Shown: one piece after another, positions 33,171 to 43,808 of the stretch
Numbering within the stretch: position 1 is the stretch's first letter
Layout: each line of letters starts with the position of its first letter
The notes under the pieces: generated by a model
Seen by the model: only the letters and a program-made list of their open reading frames with translations
What the model was told of the DNA's origin: nothing
Database searches by the model: none
Translations under genes and position numbers: made by a program
Assembly (NCBI GenBank): GCA_000091205.1
Contig: AP006490.2
DNA length: 64,000 bases
Strand: one strand, 5' to 3'
Source: Cyanidioschyzon merolae
Lineage: Eukaryota

Positions 33171-34177
33171 GTGCGGATTGCCGTTTTCTCGATTGGTACA
33201 GAGATGGTGGTAGATTTTTCGGAGCGATCCGATTATTTGGCGCGGAAAGTTCAGTAAACATTGGGTACGAATGTGCGAAGCAGTTGTCAACGGCCGAGGT
33301 CGCGTTATGTACGTCCTCATTCCAGCGGCGCGGACTGCTGTGCCTACGAGTCGCCTTGACACAGGCAGATCAATATTTTACAGAACGCTCGCTTCGGGCA
33401 TGCCAAATGTGAGGAAAGGAAGAAGATTGGATGCTCATGTGCTTACTAATTGGATGATGATTCGATTACTTTAAAAGTCCCTGTTCGAGAGCGTCGCAAT
33501 GCACCTTGATTCCGGTGACCAAACGAATTTCAGCAACAGAACATCCAAGGGGCCATTTCCAAAAAGCAACATACAGACAGGAAACCTAAAATTACGTACG
33601 AATCCCTAATCACCTATTAATACACTTCGCGTGTCCACTGTTCAAGAAGAATGTTCGGAATATAATGAAAATTCAACAACAGAGCGAGCAGTTCAGTCTT
33701 CCATTGTAGCCTGACAAATATGCACTGCCTACCAATCGATCACCAGCGGATACATTTGGGAGAAAATAGTCCGTTCGTGCGAACTGAAGTTTGCCGAGCC
33801 CGCCGTGAGTGCCAACCACGACACCTGCAGCGCCACCGCTGGCGGAGCATGAAGAAAAAACAGCTTTACCCGTTCCCTGTCGGACTTTGATTCGACAAGT
33901 GCAGCGTTTGGTTGCACATTTACGCGCTTGGAGGTCATTGCGCTCGCTCGTACCCTTCATTTTTATAAACGAACCTGGTACCCGTCCACAACTCGCCGCT
34001 GAAGCCGTGCGACGCGTATCGCAGCCGATGGCGGCATCATGTCCAGTCCGCGCCGGGCGTCTGGCGCGCAGGCGTCGCTCCAGCCGCTCGAGGCGCTTGC
34101 CAACAGATTGAGGCCGAGCGCTGAGCTCCGAACTTCAGCCGCAACAGCGATACGACCTTTGGGCTCGTTTACGAAAC

Positions 34178-35422
34178 ATGTTCTGCATAAGTGAACCGTT
34201 TACCCTATGTGCTTCACATACGGAACACCATAGGCGTGCATTGTGTGGCAAACAGTCAGTGTGGGGATGCTTTACAAACACGACTAGCTGGTTTGGGCGC
34301 AACCGAGGGGTCCGGAACTCGGCGTTCCTCGCTGGTGCAGCGGACGCGTTCAATTCACGTAGCAAAGCCCGGAACCTGTCGAGACGAGCTTCACTATCGA
34401 TGAAACTTCCAATGTCGTGTCGTGCTGATACGATCGGGTCGAAGCGTTGCCTGGTCATAGGTGGGACGCGCTTCAGCGGCGTCTATCTGGCGAAGGTGCT
34501 GGGAGACCTCGGCCATGAGGTCGTCCTTTACAACCGAGGCAGCAAGCCCCTTCAGCGTGTACCAAACGAGCCGGAGGGTGAGTTTGCGGCAAGAGCTGCT
34601 ATGAGCTCGACCATTATAGGTGACCGCACAAAGCCCGATGAAGTGAAGGAGAAGCTAGCATCGGAAAATTTTGATGCGATCTTTGACATGAATGGACGAG
34701 AACTCGAGGATACTCGACCATTTGCTGAGCTCTTTGCCGGAAAGATCGATCACTATGTCTACATGAGCAGCGCTGGTGTCTACTTGCAGTCGCCGGTGCT
34801 ACCACATATCGAAGGCGACGCCTGCGATCCCAAATCCCGTCACTTGGGGAAACTTCAAACGGAGGAGTTCCTAGATAGCCACGGACTGCCGTGGACCGCC
34901 ATCCGCCCGACCTACATATACGGTCCTTCGAACTATAATCCCATCGAGGAATGGTTCTTTGCTCGTATCGCGGAAGATCGTCCGATCCCAATTCCAGGCG
35001 ACGGCACCTACATGACTGGCCTGGGCCACGTGGCAGATCTGGCCAATGCGTTTGCCGCCGTACTCGGGAATCCCAGGGCAGTAGGCAAAGTCTACAACAT
35101 TCAGGATCGCAAGTCGGTAACGTACAATGGTATTGCGAAAATGTGCGCTCTTGCGATGGGACGCGATCCCGAAAGCATCCGCATCGTCCACTACGATCCT
35201 AATCGTGTGGATATCGGGAAGGCCAAGGCGTTTCCCTTTAGGTTGCAACACTTCTTTACGAGCGTGAACCGTGCGCTGAGAGAACTGGATTGGGACGTGG
35301 ACTTCGATCTCTTGGATGGTCTCCGAGATTCGTACCATAACGATTTTTTGCCCAAAAAACAAGCAGGAAAGCTTCAAGTAGACTTCAAAACGGACGACTT
35401 GATCCTCTCCCAGGTTTCTTGA
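34178..35422 (+). CDS. CSP41-like atypical short-chain dehydrogenase/epimerase (chloroplast stem-loop-binding protein 41 family) with N-terminal extension
   Basis: Rossmann start is KRCLVIGGTRFSGVYLAKVL. The match to CSP41a/b is strong: HYVYMSSAGVY...PHIEGDA...EEWFFARIAEDRPIPIPGDGTYMTGLGHVADLANAF...VYNIQDRKSVTYNGIAKMCA...IVHYDPNRVDIGKAKAFPFRLQHFFTSVNRALRELDW. The ~90-aa N-terminal extension begins MFCIS... Confidence 0.8.
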   Translation: MFCISEPFTLCASHTEHHRRALCGKQSVWGCFTNTTSWFGRNRGVRNSAFLAGAADAFNSRSKARNLSRRASLSMKLPMSCRADTIGSKRCLVIGGTRFSGVYLAKVLGDLGHEVVLYNRGSKPLQRVPNEPEGEFAARAAMSSTIIGDRTKPDEVKEKLASENFDAIFDMNGRELEDTRPFAELFAGKIDHYVYMSSAGVYLQSPVLPHIEGDACDPKSRHLGKLQTEEFLDSHGLPWTAIRPTYIYGPSNYNPIEEWFFARIAEDRPIPIPGDGTYMTGLGHVADLANAFAAVLGNPRAVGKVYNIQDRKSVTYNGIAKMCALAMGRDPESIRIVHYDPNRVDIGKAKAFPFRLQHFFTSVNRALRELDWDVDFDLLDGLRDSYHNDFLPKKQAGKLQVDFKTDDLILSQVS

Positions 35423-37646
35423 ACTTTGCTTGATCAGAGGAGCTGAGGCCACATTGAACAATAACCAAGTCTTACGCTTATGAGCACACTCCATGGTATG
35501 TGTACTGGATTCGGGACAGAAGCGCTAGAGGGGCGTGTGCTCCACCTGTTGGCGGGCCACGGAAAGAGCGTGCCAGTAACGTTGCCGCCGGTACTGCTGA
35601 CGGAGATTTTCGTACTCATACATGTGGACGCACAGCTTAGCCTCCTGTTCAGTAGGGCGATCCCTCAGTATCCATTTATCAGGTAGTTGAATTGGTATCA
35701 CCATCGTGGAGCCGGATGCACTCGGCCTATAGTATCTGACAGGGGAACAGTTTCATGCGATGCACGAACTTGCGTAAAAAATGCCCTCTCCGGTCTTTGC
35801 GAAAGCTCTTGTCTATTACGAGAACGGCGCTCCGGCTCATTGCATCATACCGGCGCTCAACTTTGCGTCTGGGCCTCGATCAGAGCGGTTTCGCTGCATA
35901 TCAGGAGTGCTTACGTACAAAGCAAATTTCATATTGAAATGGAGCGGATCTATTCAGCTAACTTGGGTATACGCGCTGAAGTTTTGGTTTCTTCCCACTG
36001 TTACCAACACCGGCGTTTGCGAGCTTTATCTGCAACTGCTTTATTTTCTCCTCTCTAGGCTTCGACATAAGATACACTGGTCATTCATTTGCCTCCAGAT
36101 CCGATTCAGCAGACGGATGATGTTGATGGCATGCTAAAATCCTGATTTCACCGCTTTCGACAGTAGTCCACATATTCAACGTGCCGGCTGTATACACGAC
36201 TGCCTTGCATACCATTTTCATCTCTATACACGGCATCGGTGCGCCCTTCGCATCTTTAGCACTTGCCCGTTGTCAGCTGTTCCTGTGTATCCATCAAACC
36301 TCCTCCGATGGTCGCTGCATGGCGCGTGAACGTCTACTTTATCGCTCGGCAGAAGTCCTTGACGGTTCCAGGAGGTGTTCGTGCATGCTTTCCTCCGTTT
36401 CTGCGCCAGATGCCATGCCTACGATCAGGGGTTTCTTCTGTAAGATCCCTTGGGCGGGTACTCTGTGTTCTGCTTGCGCAAGCGCACGCTGTTCCATTCG
36501 ATGACGCAACATTCGCCTTCTTGCACGCTCTTCATTTTCTCAAAACTCTGACTACAAAGCGTTGGCTCAAGCATGATGGGCATCGAGTTACATAAGACAC
36601 TCGCGGGTATCCTATCCATACATTCCACCCGAAAGTGATGCTGCGACGAAGGCTTCTGCAGAAGCCGTCTGTTTCGCTCGCTTCGCGAACGATTCTTTTA
36701 TTCCTTTCCTTCCTCTGATACTAGATTTAGGGGCACTCGAGCACAAGTTCTGGCGTTGGGCACAAGTCGGAGGGTTCGAAACCCGTGACCCCAAAGCGTT
36801 GCAGTTTATCGCAGGTCGGACCGCTCTTCAGGTATCATGGTGGCGCATGTGTGGCGCGTCGCTCTCCCGCGTTCCGACCTATGCAGATCGCGTTCGGTGG
36901 CAACTTTACGATGCTATGTGTCTGTATTAATCGTTATTCCTCTCGGAATTTCTCCTCCTAAGAAAGGAAGCGTATGAGCTCTAAGAGAGCCGTGAATCGT
37001 TTTGTGACGTTTGCGTTCGATGTCGGCGGGTGTCCGCACGAGATCGGTTTTGATTGAGGACAATATATCTCCTCCACGTTGCGCGAACCTCCCTTTCCCT
37101 CCTCCTGCTTTGCCATAGCATTTTTCTTGAACTACAGTCTCTTTTTTCCTACCGCGGTTCATGAGCGCTTTAACAAAGGAGGGCATCGGTTCGATCCTTC
37201 TTTACCCGTCAAGTGCATGCGCCAAACGATAAAGCAAGCCGCCATGCGCCACAGAGCGGCGCATGGAACAGAATATGTGGTGGACAGATCAGAGCACATG
37301 ACCATAGTCAAGTGTTAGGGATGCGAAGGGCGCACAAAGACTGGTTACCCTGAGAATGAAAATGGCTAGCCAGGCATAGCCCCCAGCTTTCAGATGTACA
37401 TTGCATGTGTCGAGAACATCAGGCAGCGGCGCAAACCGGACCTTTATCACTACTATCGATATCCTTCGACAAATGAGAACGGCGCTCGAGCGACACGAGA
37501 GACCGATGTATTTCAAGCCGCAGAGAATGAAAAGGAAAAGACAGCAGTCGCGGATAACCATCCCAAAGCCTTCTGCATGTGACACTGGGGAAGACCCGAA
37601 GTTTAGCGTGTGACCGCACGAGTTAGCTGAGTGGACCCGTTCCATT

Positions 37647-38384
37647 TTAGCCTGACATGGGTTTAAAGCGACGCGCAACTGGCTTGACGACGAACTGGTC
37701 TACAAGCGGCGCCAAGAGCAATGCACCCGCAATGCGAAACGGACGGGAGAAATTATTCAACAACCACATGCCCGCCACAACTTTCAAAAAGTTTTGCCAG
37801 GTTAGTGGTGCATTATCTGTCGCCCTTTTGAAAGTGATAAGTGCGATAACGAAGCTCGCTGAATAAGTGATTGCGTCGAAAAAGCCGTACGCGAGGATTG
37901 CAGCGAGCCCGTATGAACGCAGCCGTTGAAGCGCTGTTTCCTTCTCCGGGAACAAGTTAGTGAATGCACCCTGCAACCGCTTCCAAAACCCCTGTCGTTT
38001 CCGCGCTGTGTTCATGGCCTGCTCCGGAGCGCTGTCTCTCGGTCTGACAGCGTTATTCGACTGCTCCAAGCGCCGTTGCTCCAGCTGCTCAAGGTACGAC
38101 AAAGGGCGCGTACTAGTCGAGCTTGAGGAGCCATCCTCCATAGGCGGACGCCGCGTACTTTCAAGCCATTTCATATATTGGTCGGTTTGGCCGGTGCATG
38201 AAAGTCGCAACGCAAACGGAGGCGTCCTGTGGAAGCCTCGTGGAAGCTTCCGGCGAGCGCACTCTGAATCCACTGTTCGGTGTCCGTGCACGATGAAGTC
38301 GTTACGCGCTTGTTTGACTGAGGAAAACCTTTTTGCGTGCAGCGGCGCTGTGAACTGTGTTGCCGTGTTCAGAATCAAGAACAT
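37647..38384 (-). CDS. predicted multi-pass membrane protein of unknown function
   Basis: The 245-aa ORF has a charged, S-rich N-terminal half. The C-terminal half is hydrophobic (LRSYGLAAILAYGFFDAITYSASFVIALITF...LKVVAGMWLLNNFSRPFRIAGALLLAPLVDQF). A weak resemblance to DUF1279/FAM210-type proteins is not established. Confidence 0.3.
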   Translation of the reverse strand: MFLILNTATQFTAPLHAKRFSSVKQARNDFIVHGHRTVDSECARRKLPRGFHRTPPFALRLSCTGQTDQYMKWLESTRRPPMEDGSSSSTSTRPLSYLEQLEQRRLEQSNNAVRPRDSAPEQAMNTARKRQGFWKRLQGAFTNLFPEKETALQRLRSYGLAAILAYGFFDAITYSASFVIALITFKRATDNAPLTWQNFLKVVAGMWLLNNFSRPFRIAGALLLAPLVDQFVVKPVARRFKPMSG

Positions 38385-38819
38385 TATGCTGGCTCCTTCT
38401 TGTTCTTCTCACGAGAGCAGCAGCGCAAAATAACCGTTTCTTCGAGTGATTTGAACGCAGGGTCGTCCAGGGCAGTCTCTCGTAACATGATGGACATAGC
38501 GGACAGTGCCGCATTGAATGTTAGGGCGCTCTGCGCGCTCCCTCGTGATAGCTCTTGGATTAGAGACTTCAACCAGTAGTGAAGCGAACGCTGGTTTGAC
38601 CGGGAAACCTCGGGTAGAGAGCGGGCTAGTATAGTCTAGCACAGCGTTTTCGTGGGAATGGAACGACGAGTTTTCGAAAAGTCGCGGACTCTTTGTCGCG
38701 CAACGCGGGGCTGCTCAGCGTCCTCGCAGTGCGTGCAAGCAGCAGGGTCAGAACGAGGCAGATTGGCGATTTGACCACTGCAGCTTGGCCACTCTTTTGG
38801 AGCAGTTTGCGTACTCCTC

Positions 38820-39836
38820 TCAGAACGTTTCCCTTGACAGCAGATGTTTGGCGTACGGGAGGACGCGAGCGCGCCACACCGCGCCGCGCCTCGAGAAATC
38901 GACTGCCACGTCTCTGCCGAGTGGTACGGACCAGGATTTTTGCATGACCCCAGGCGGCGAGCTCGGAGGTACCGCACGACGGCGCAAAGTTTCGGCTCGC
39001 CGGCGGCAACGCACCCTTTTGTTTGCAAAATAATCGTTCACCTGCCGCAGGGTTAACCCGCTTCGAAAGGCGAGTTCGCATTTCTCCCTCTCGGAAGGGT
39101 ATGGGTGATCAAAATGCTTGAAAAACCAGTCTTCAAGAATAGAACGGTCTGGGCAGTACGTGCAACTCCGTGATTGTAGAGTATCGCTTGTCTCGCGAAG
39201 ATCTCGCTTTGTATTGATGGATATATTCCCGCTGTCTTGGCTGCTGGAATCGAGATGCGCTGCAGATATAGGACTCGCTGGTCGGCGGCGACCAGCGCCC
39301 GTCGCTTCGGCATCTGGAAGGAGCAAGTCGAGCGTGTCCGCGGGTGTGTTGAAACGTTGCAGAGCGACCCAAGCCTGCAGGTTCCGTACATAGCAAACCG
39401 CCGCAGCGAGGGTATCCAGGATCGTAAGTATTTGTAGCTCCTCGGCGGAGGAATCTGCCGGCGGTGCCACTACTACATCTTGTACGCCGCTTGCTAGTTT
39501 TCCGAAGAAGGAATGGCTACGTACGAGGGCGAGCAACTGATGGAAAGGTACCAGCAGACCGACGGCACATACGTTCACTGGTCGCTGAAACTGTGACTGG
39601 AGACACGTATGCATTGCGCCAGCTGACTTTCGAGTTCCCCAGCAGCTGTTACCCGATCCAGGTGATAGCAGTGGCTTCTCTGCTGCTCCTCCTTGGCTGT
39701 CCATCGAAGAAACCTCGGCCTGTATGGCCGCTGCCAGGGTCTCAGGCCCGCTGTTGATACGATTTCGCTCTGTTTGTGTCTGTTTGAATGTGCAAGGAGG
39801 GTACATAATATGGCCATCCGACTTGGCGAACGCCAA
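38820..39836 (-). CDS. TALE-class homeobox protein (KNOX/BELL/MEIS-like)
   Basis: The homeodomain at about 38997-39164 is SILEDWFFKHFDHPYPSEREKCELAFRSGLTLRQVNDYFANKRVRCRRR. It has the diagnostic three-residue P-Y-P loop extension between helices 1 and 2, and the WF-x-H-x3-PYPSE pattern. Helix 3 reads DYFANKR rather than the canonical NWF-x-N-x-R. Confidence 0.75.
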   Translation of the reverse strand: MAFAKSDGHIMYPPCTFKQTQTERNRINSGPETLAAAIQAEVSSMDSQGGAAEKPLLSPGSGNSCWGTRKSAGAMHTCLQSQFQRPVNVCAVGLLVPFHQLLALVRSHSFFGKLASGVQDVVVAPPADSSAEELQILTILDTLAAAVCYVRNLQAWVALQRFNTPADTLDLLLPDAEATGAGRRRPASPISAAHLDSSSQDSGNISINTKRDLRETSDTLQSRSCTYCPDRSILEDWFFKHFDHPYPSEREKCELAFRSGLTLRQVNDYFANKRVRCRRRAETLRRRAVPPSSPPGVMQKSWSVPLGRDVAVDFSRRGAVWRARVLPYAKHLLSRETF

Positions 39837-40318
39837 CAGCCATACTGTTAAAAAGACAACTCAGGAACACGAAACGCTCTATCGAACTGGAACGGGTGGC
39901 GGCTTCTGAAAGTGGTCCATTGCCGCGGAAAACAGCTGGACTATGTCACGGCTGCTGGCGATTTGAGAAACAGCCGCGGCGAGCCCTGGCGCGTCCAGGA
40001 TCCGCGTTGTCCTTTTCGTCTATAATTGAGAGTCAGATTAAAATAGGACATTTAGCGACACGTTTTTTCCAGCATATTCTTTTTCTTTCGAACCATGTTG
40101 TTAGATACACAGCCTCGATACTCGAATTGCAGCAATAAGGGCCTACGGATTCATAGACCTTTTTGACGCTCTCGGTCTTCATTTTCGAAAAGTGCGAGCG
40201 ACTCTTTGCCACTGGAAATCGTTCCGCGACGGGAATCAAGATGATGCGCGGTGCCTTCGAACAAGGTTTCGTAAAATAACCAATTCCATGATCAGATTCA
40301 TTTGTGAAATCATCGACG

Positions 40319-40351
40319 CCTCTCCTCTCCTCTCCTCTCCTCTCCTCTCCT
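40319..40351. repeat. (CTCCT)n microsatellite, about 6 units
   Basis: ctcctctcctctcctctcctctcctctcc seen directly in the sequence. Confidence 0.9.
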
Positions 40352-41596
40352 TACCTATCGCCTGCAACAAGCAAGCCTTCTTCAAGTGCACGATCTTTTT
40401 TCTCATGAATACCCTTGGTCACGGTAATTCGCGACCCTGGAGGGACAAGCGAAGAACTCGACGTCGTCTCATGAGGACTTTTTACCATCTCACGCCGGAA
40501 GTTTTCTGTATATGTACCGTCAAATAATCGATTCCATTCGAAGCACAAATCCTCCCCTTTTTGTGGCCAAAGAAGACACTCTATTCGACAGCAACAGAAT
40601 GATAGATTTCACGGGAAATGCTCCCAGAGGTCCCTGGATCTTCTGTTTCCATGGAACGGCGCCTCGGATTCGGAACTGAGCTATCGCAGCGATCGCATCC
40701 AGTGGGGACCGCATAAGCGCTTTGCACGATGTGAGCATAGACGGATCGAAATTTCTTGACTTTTACCCAGAATGAAATTTTTTCAGCTACTTGTTCCTTC
40801 GTGATAATCATCACTTTCCACAAAAATCCTCTATTGAATCGAACAGCTTGCGCTTTCATGTGCGGCAGGTAATGTTCTGGCGGAGAATATAGCCCCGGAA
40901 AGCCCATTAACGCACGATACAGCATCGGGCGAGGAAACGGAGGAGCGTATCCAGAGAACCTTTCTGTACTCTTCTATTGCATGCACGGAGTGGTATAGCA
41001 AGCGTTCACGTGCCAACGGTCGATCCCGGAGAAAAACGAGGAGTCGTGGACAAATGATAAAACCTGAAGACAGTCAAGTGCCAACTGTGCAAAGGCGCGC
41101 ACCGGGGTTGCATACAAATAAGTTGACAATGGCAAGCGATGTGTAGATCGCAGCTACCACCTGTGAATGAAATGCGTTGACAACTGCGGGAATCAGCGAA
41201 ATCGGGAAATTAACGCTGCTACCAACATCCTTCGAATGCTGACTACTCGGCGCACGATAAAACCTATGAAACGAGCAATATATCCGAGAAGAATGGCTTA
41301 TGGAACTTGGAAGCAGAGCGTGGTATGATGGATGGTTCACTGTGCGCTGATATCAAGCGCGCTGTTGTGGAACGATGGCCTGCGTCAACGTCTTGACAAA
41401 TTGATACGAATAACAGCTCGCGTTGTACGAACAGGAAGCATTCACTTGTCAGAGTGAGCGTGCATGAGTTGCTCATAGCCGCACCGGCGTCAAACGGGGA
41501 AGAATCGCTCTTCGCTGAACTCGAACACCTGGCTGACAGACCCTACAGCAAAAGAACGTACAACTGAGACGCGCCCCGCGTGAAACTGTTTCTGCT

Positions 41597-42124
41597 ATGT
41601 TTCTTACTGCTGCGCCCTGGTCTCTGCGACGGAGTAAACGGAGCTGCAGTCAGTGTCCGCGAACGCTCTTTTGTTGCACAGGTACGACGCGTATGGGAGC
41701 GGAGGGGTCACTGTGGCGTTTGGCAAATGCGGGACACGCGTTGCTGTTAGTAGACCACGGCAGCCGGCGTAAAGAAGCGAATGAAGCGCTTTTCGATATG
41801 ATTGAGCTATTGAGGCGTAGAGCACCACCCGGAATAATCATCCACGGCGCTCACATGGAAATGGCAGAACCGACGCTGGACGACGGTTTTCGCGCCTGTG
41901 TGGAGGCCGGAGCGCGGCATATCGTTGTGGTGCCGTATTTTCTCGCTCCAGGGAGGCACTCTACGACCGACATTCCGAATATGGCTGCAGAAGCAGCTTC
42001 AAAGCACGCCCATGTTACCTATACCGTGACCGCGCCACTGGGTGTACATGAAAGCATCGGCAACGTGGTCATTGAGCGGGCAATGGAAGCCATGGGGCTG
42101 GACGCTCTGCGAGAGCGCGACTAG
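41597..42124 (+). CDS. CbiX/SirB-type sirohydrochlorin ferrochelatase-like protein with short N-terminal extension
   Basis: ALLLVDHGSRRKEANEALFDMIELLR...IHGAHMEMAEPTLDDGFRACVEAGARHIVVVPYFLAPGRHSTTDIPN matches the small CbiX/SirB chelatase fold (HGSR...EA...E-P-L...vvPlFL-G-H---DIP). The N-terminus is MFLTAAPWSLRRSKRS.... Confidence 0.7.
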   Translation: MFLTAAPWSLRRSKRSCSQCPRTLFCCTGTTRMGAEGSLWRLANAGHALLLVDHGSRRKEANEALFDMIELLRRRAPPGIIIHGAHMEMAEPTLDDGFRACVEAGARHIVVVPYFLAPGRHSTTDIPNMAAEAASKHAHVTYTVTAPLGVHESIGNVVIERAMEAMGLDALRERD

Positions 42125-42580
42125 CGCGACCTGGTTTGGAGCCATACGCCCGAAGCGTATTAGGAAGCTCGCGGGAATGTACGAGCGCTGGTGCGTGAAG
42201 TGGAATCATCGGGGTAAGGCAATATGGAGGCCTGAGTCTCGTCCGCTCGTGACTTTGCATCCAGGTCGCATCTCAGGAAAGGTACGTAGAAAATGTTCGA
42301 AGTTGTGCTGCAGGGTCTCTTGCTCCGTAATCCAGGAATCGGCACTGGCCGAGTTCAGTGACGTACAGCCGGATACGGGACTTGTATGTAGCGGCCCGCT
42401 ACACCACTGGTAGCAACGCGCGGACCAGAAACTTGAGATCTCTACTCGAAAGTTGCCGAAACTCCTTGAATGGTCGGCATTGTTCTGACTGAGAGCGAGA
42501 CAGAAGCTGCGTGCACGTGTCAAGGACCTGATCTATCCCGCATGGGCATACGCAATCCGCTTACAGACCACGAAGGACTG

Positions 42581-42595
42581 TTGTTGTTGTTGTTG
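42581..42595. repeat. (TTG)5 microsatellite
   Basis: ttgttgttgttgttg seen directly. Confidence 0.85.
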
Positions 42596-43776
42596 GAGGC
42601 ATCCAGGAAAATACCTGCCGGGGAGCCGCTGCGCGAGCCCGTGCGAAGAGCTGCGTCACTCAGATTTGTAAGGTCACTGGCTGGTACCTTGACCTGCGGC
42701 AAGTCTTCTTTCCATGACGAGGTGCTCGCTTGACTCCATGCTCGATGCGTGAATACGCTGCAGATCAGTGAAGAGTTCCCTTGCGAGGACGAATGCATGT
42801 GATAGCGCTTTCGCCTGTTGAACAAGGCTGCCGAAGAACATGACGGCTCCTTAAGGATTCTGTTCGCTTACCCAATGACATGAACGAGCATGCTCCGCAC
42901 CACAGCGGTAACCTCGCGAAGTTCCGACGAAAAACTTGAAGAATATTTTACGAGACCGCGTCCACTGAAATGATGCATCTGACGTGACGCATCTCCCGGA
43001 TCGAGTCCCATTCGACACCAGAGACGGGTCGTTCAACTACTCGGCGAACTCTTTGATCGCGGTTGAGTTCAGCGCCCACAAGGTGATGTGCGCGCTGCGT
43101 ATACAACCAACAATACCCTGAAACTCTCCGCAGAGAGGCATCATTGGGCATTGCAAACTATCAGGTGCGTTCCAGGTAACTCGCCCGTGCCTACAAGAAA
43201 GAACACTCAAATTTTGAGGTTTACGGCGTCTTTTCCGTGACATCAGGCATCCGTGGAAGTCCTGAAGCCCTCTGACTCCTGACTGGCTGTGTCTGCGCAT
43301 CCCTGGAACACAGAAATGTTTCATGCGTGTTTCACCTTAAGCGAGTTGCGAAAAAATCACGTGAACAGGCGAGCATAGAGTCCACGGGCATCCCCGATCT
43401 GGGATTAACCCCATGAATTTTGTCCCAAACGATGATACAGACTTTAGAATGCATTCACTGCTCCCGAGACGTCGAACATGCACCATGAACTCATGAAGTC
43501 TTCGACCGACGCCCGCAAGGGTATGGCAATGGCATTATCTCTCAATGCAGCGTTTGCACGGTGCTGTAGACATCACAAAGAACGTTCGCGGCAGGCACGT
43601 AGCACCTGAAGAATCGTGTAAACTGTCGAGTTGACGTCCGCGAGGTTCCGCCAAAGCGGGTCTGTCTATGTGCAGTGCTAGCACGGACGTTATTGGCATC
43701 ACAGCGGACACTCACGGCTGGCGTAAGGCTCTTTGGCGATCGTACGAACTGACCAGCATCCCCTAAGGTATGTTTC

Positions 43777-43808
43777 GGTGGTGGTGGTGGTGGTGGTGGT
43801 GGTGGTGG
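43777..43808. repeat. (GGT)n microsatellite, about 10 units
   Basis: ggtggtggtggtggtggtggtggtggtggtgg. It gives poly-Pro and poly-Thr runs in the spurious minus-strand ORFs 43542..43919 and 43699..44019. Confidence 0.9.

Noticed and set aside
36700-36790. tRNA-like T-arm motif GGAGGGTTCGAAACCCGTGACCCC
   Set aside because: A GGTTCGAAaCC-type T-loop is present, but the flanks do not fold into a cloverleaf. The 5' segment GGGGCAC pairs only imperfectly with the 3' segment GTGACCCC. No D-arm or anticodon arm of the correct spacing is present, and the candidate is only about 63 nt. It could be a decayed tRNA-derived SINE head, but I cannot support a tRNA gene.
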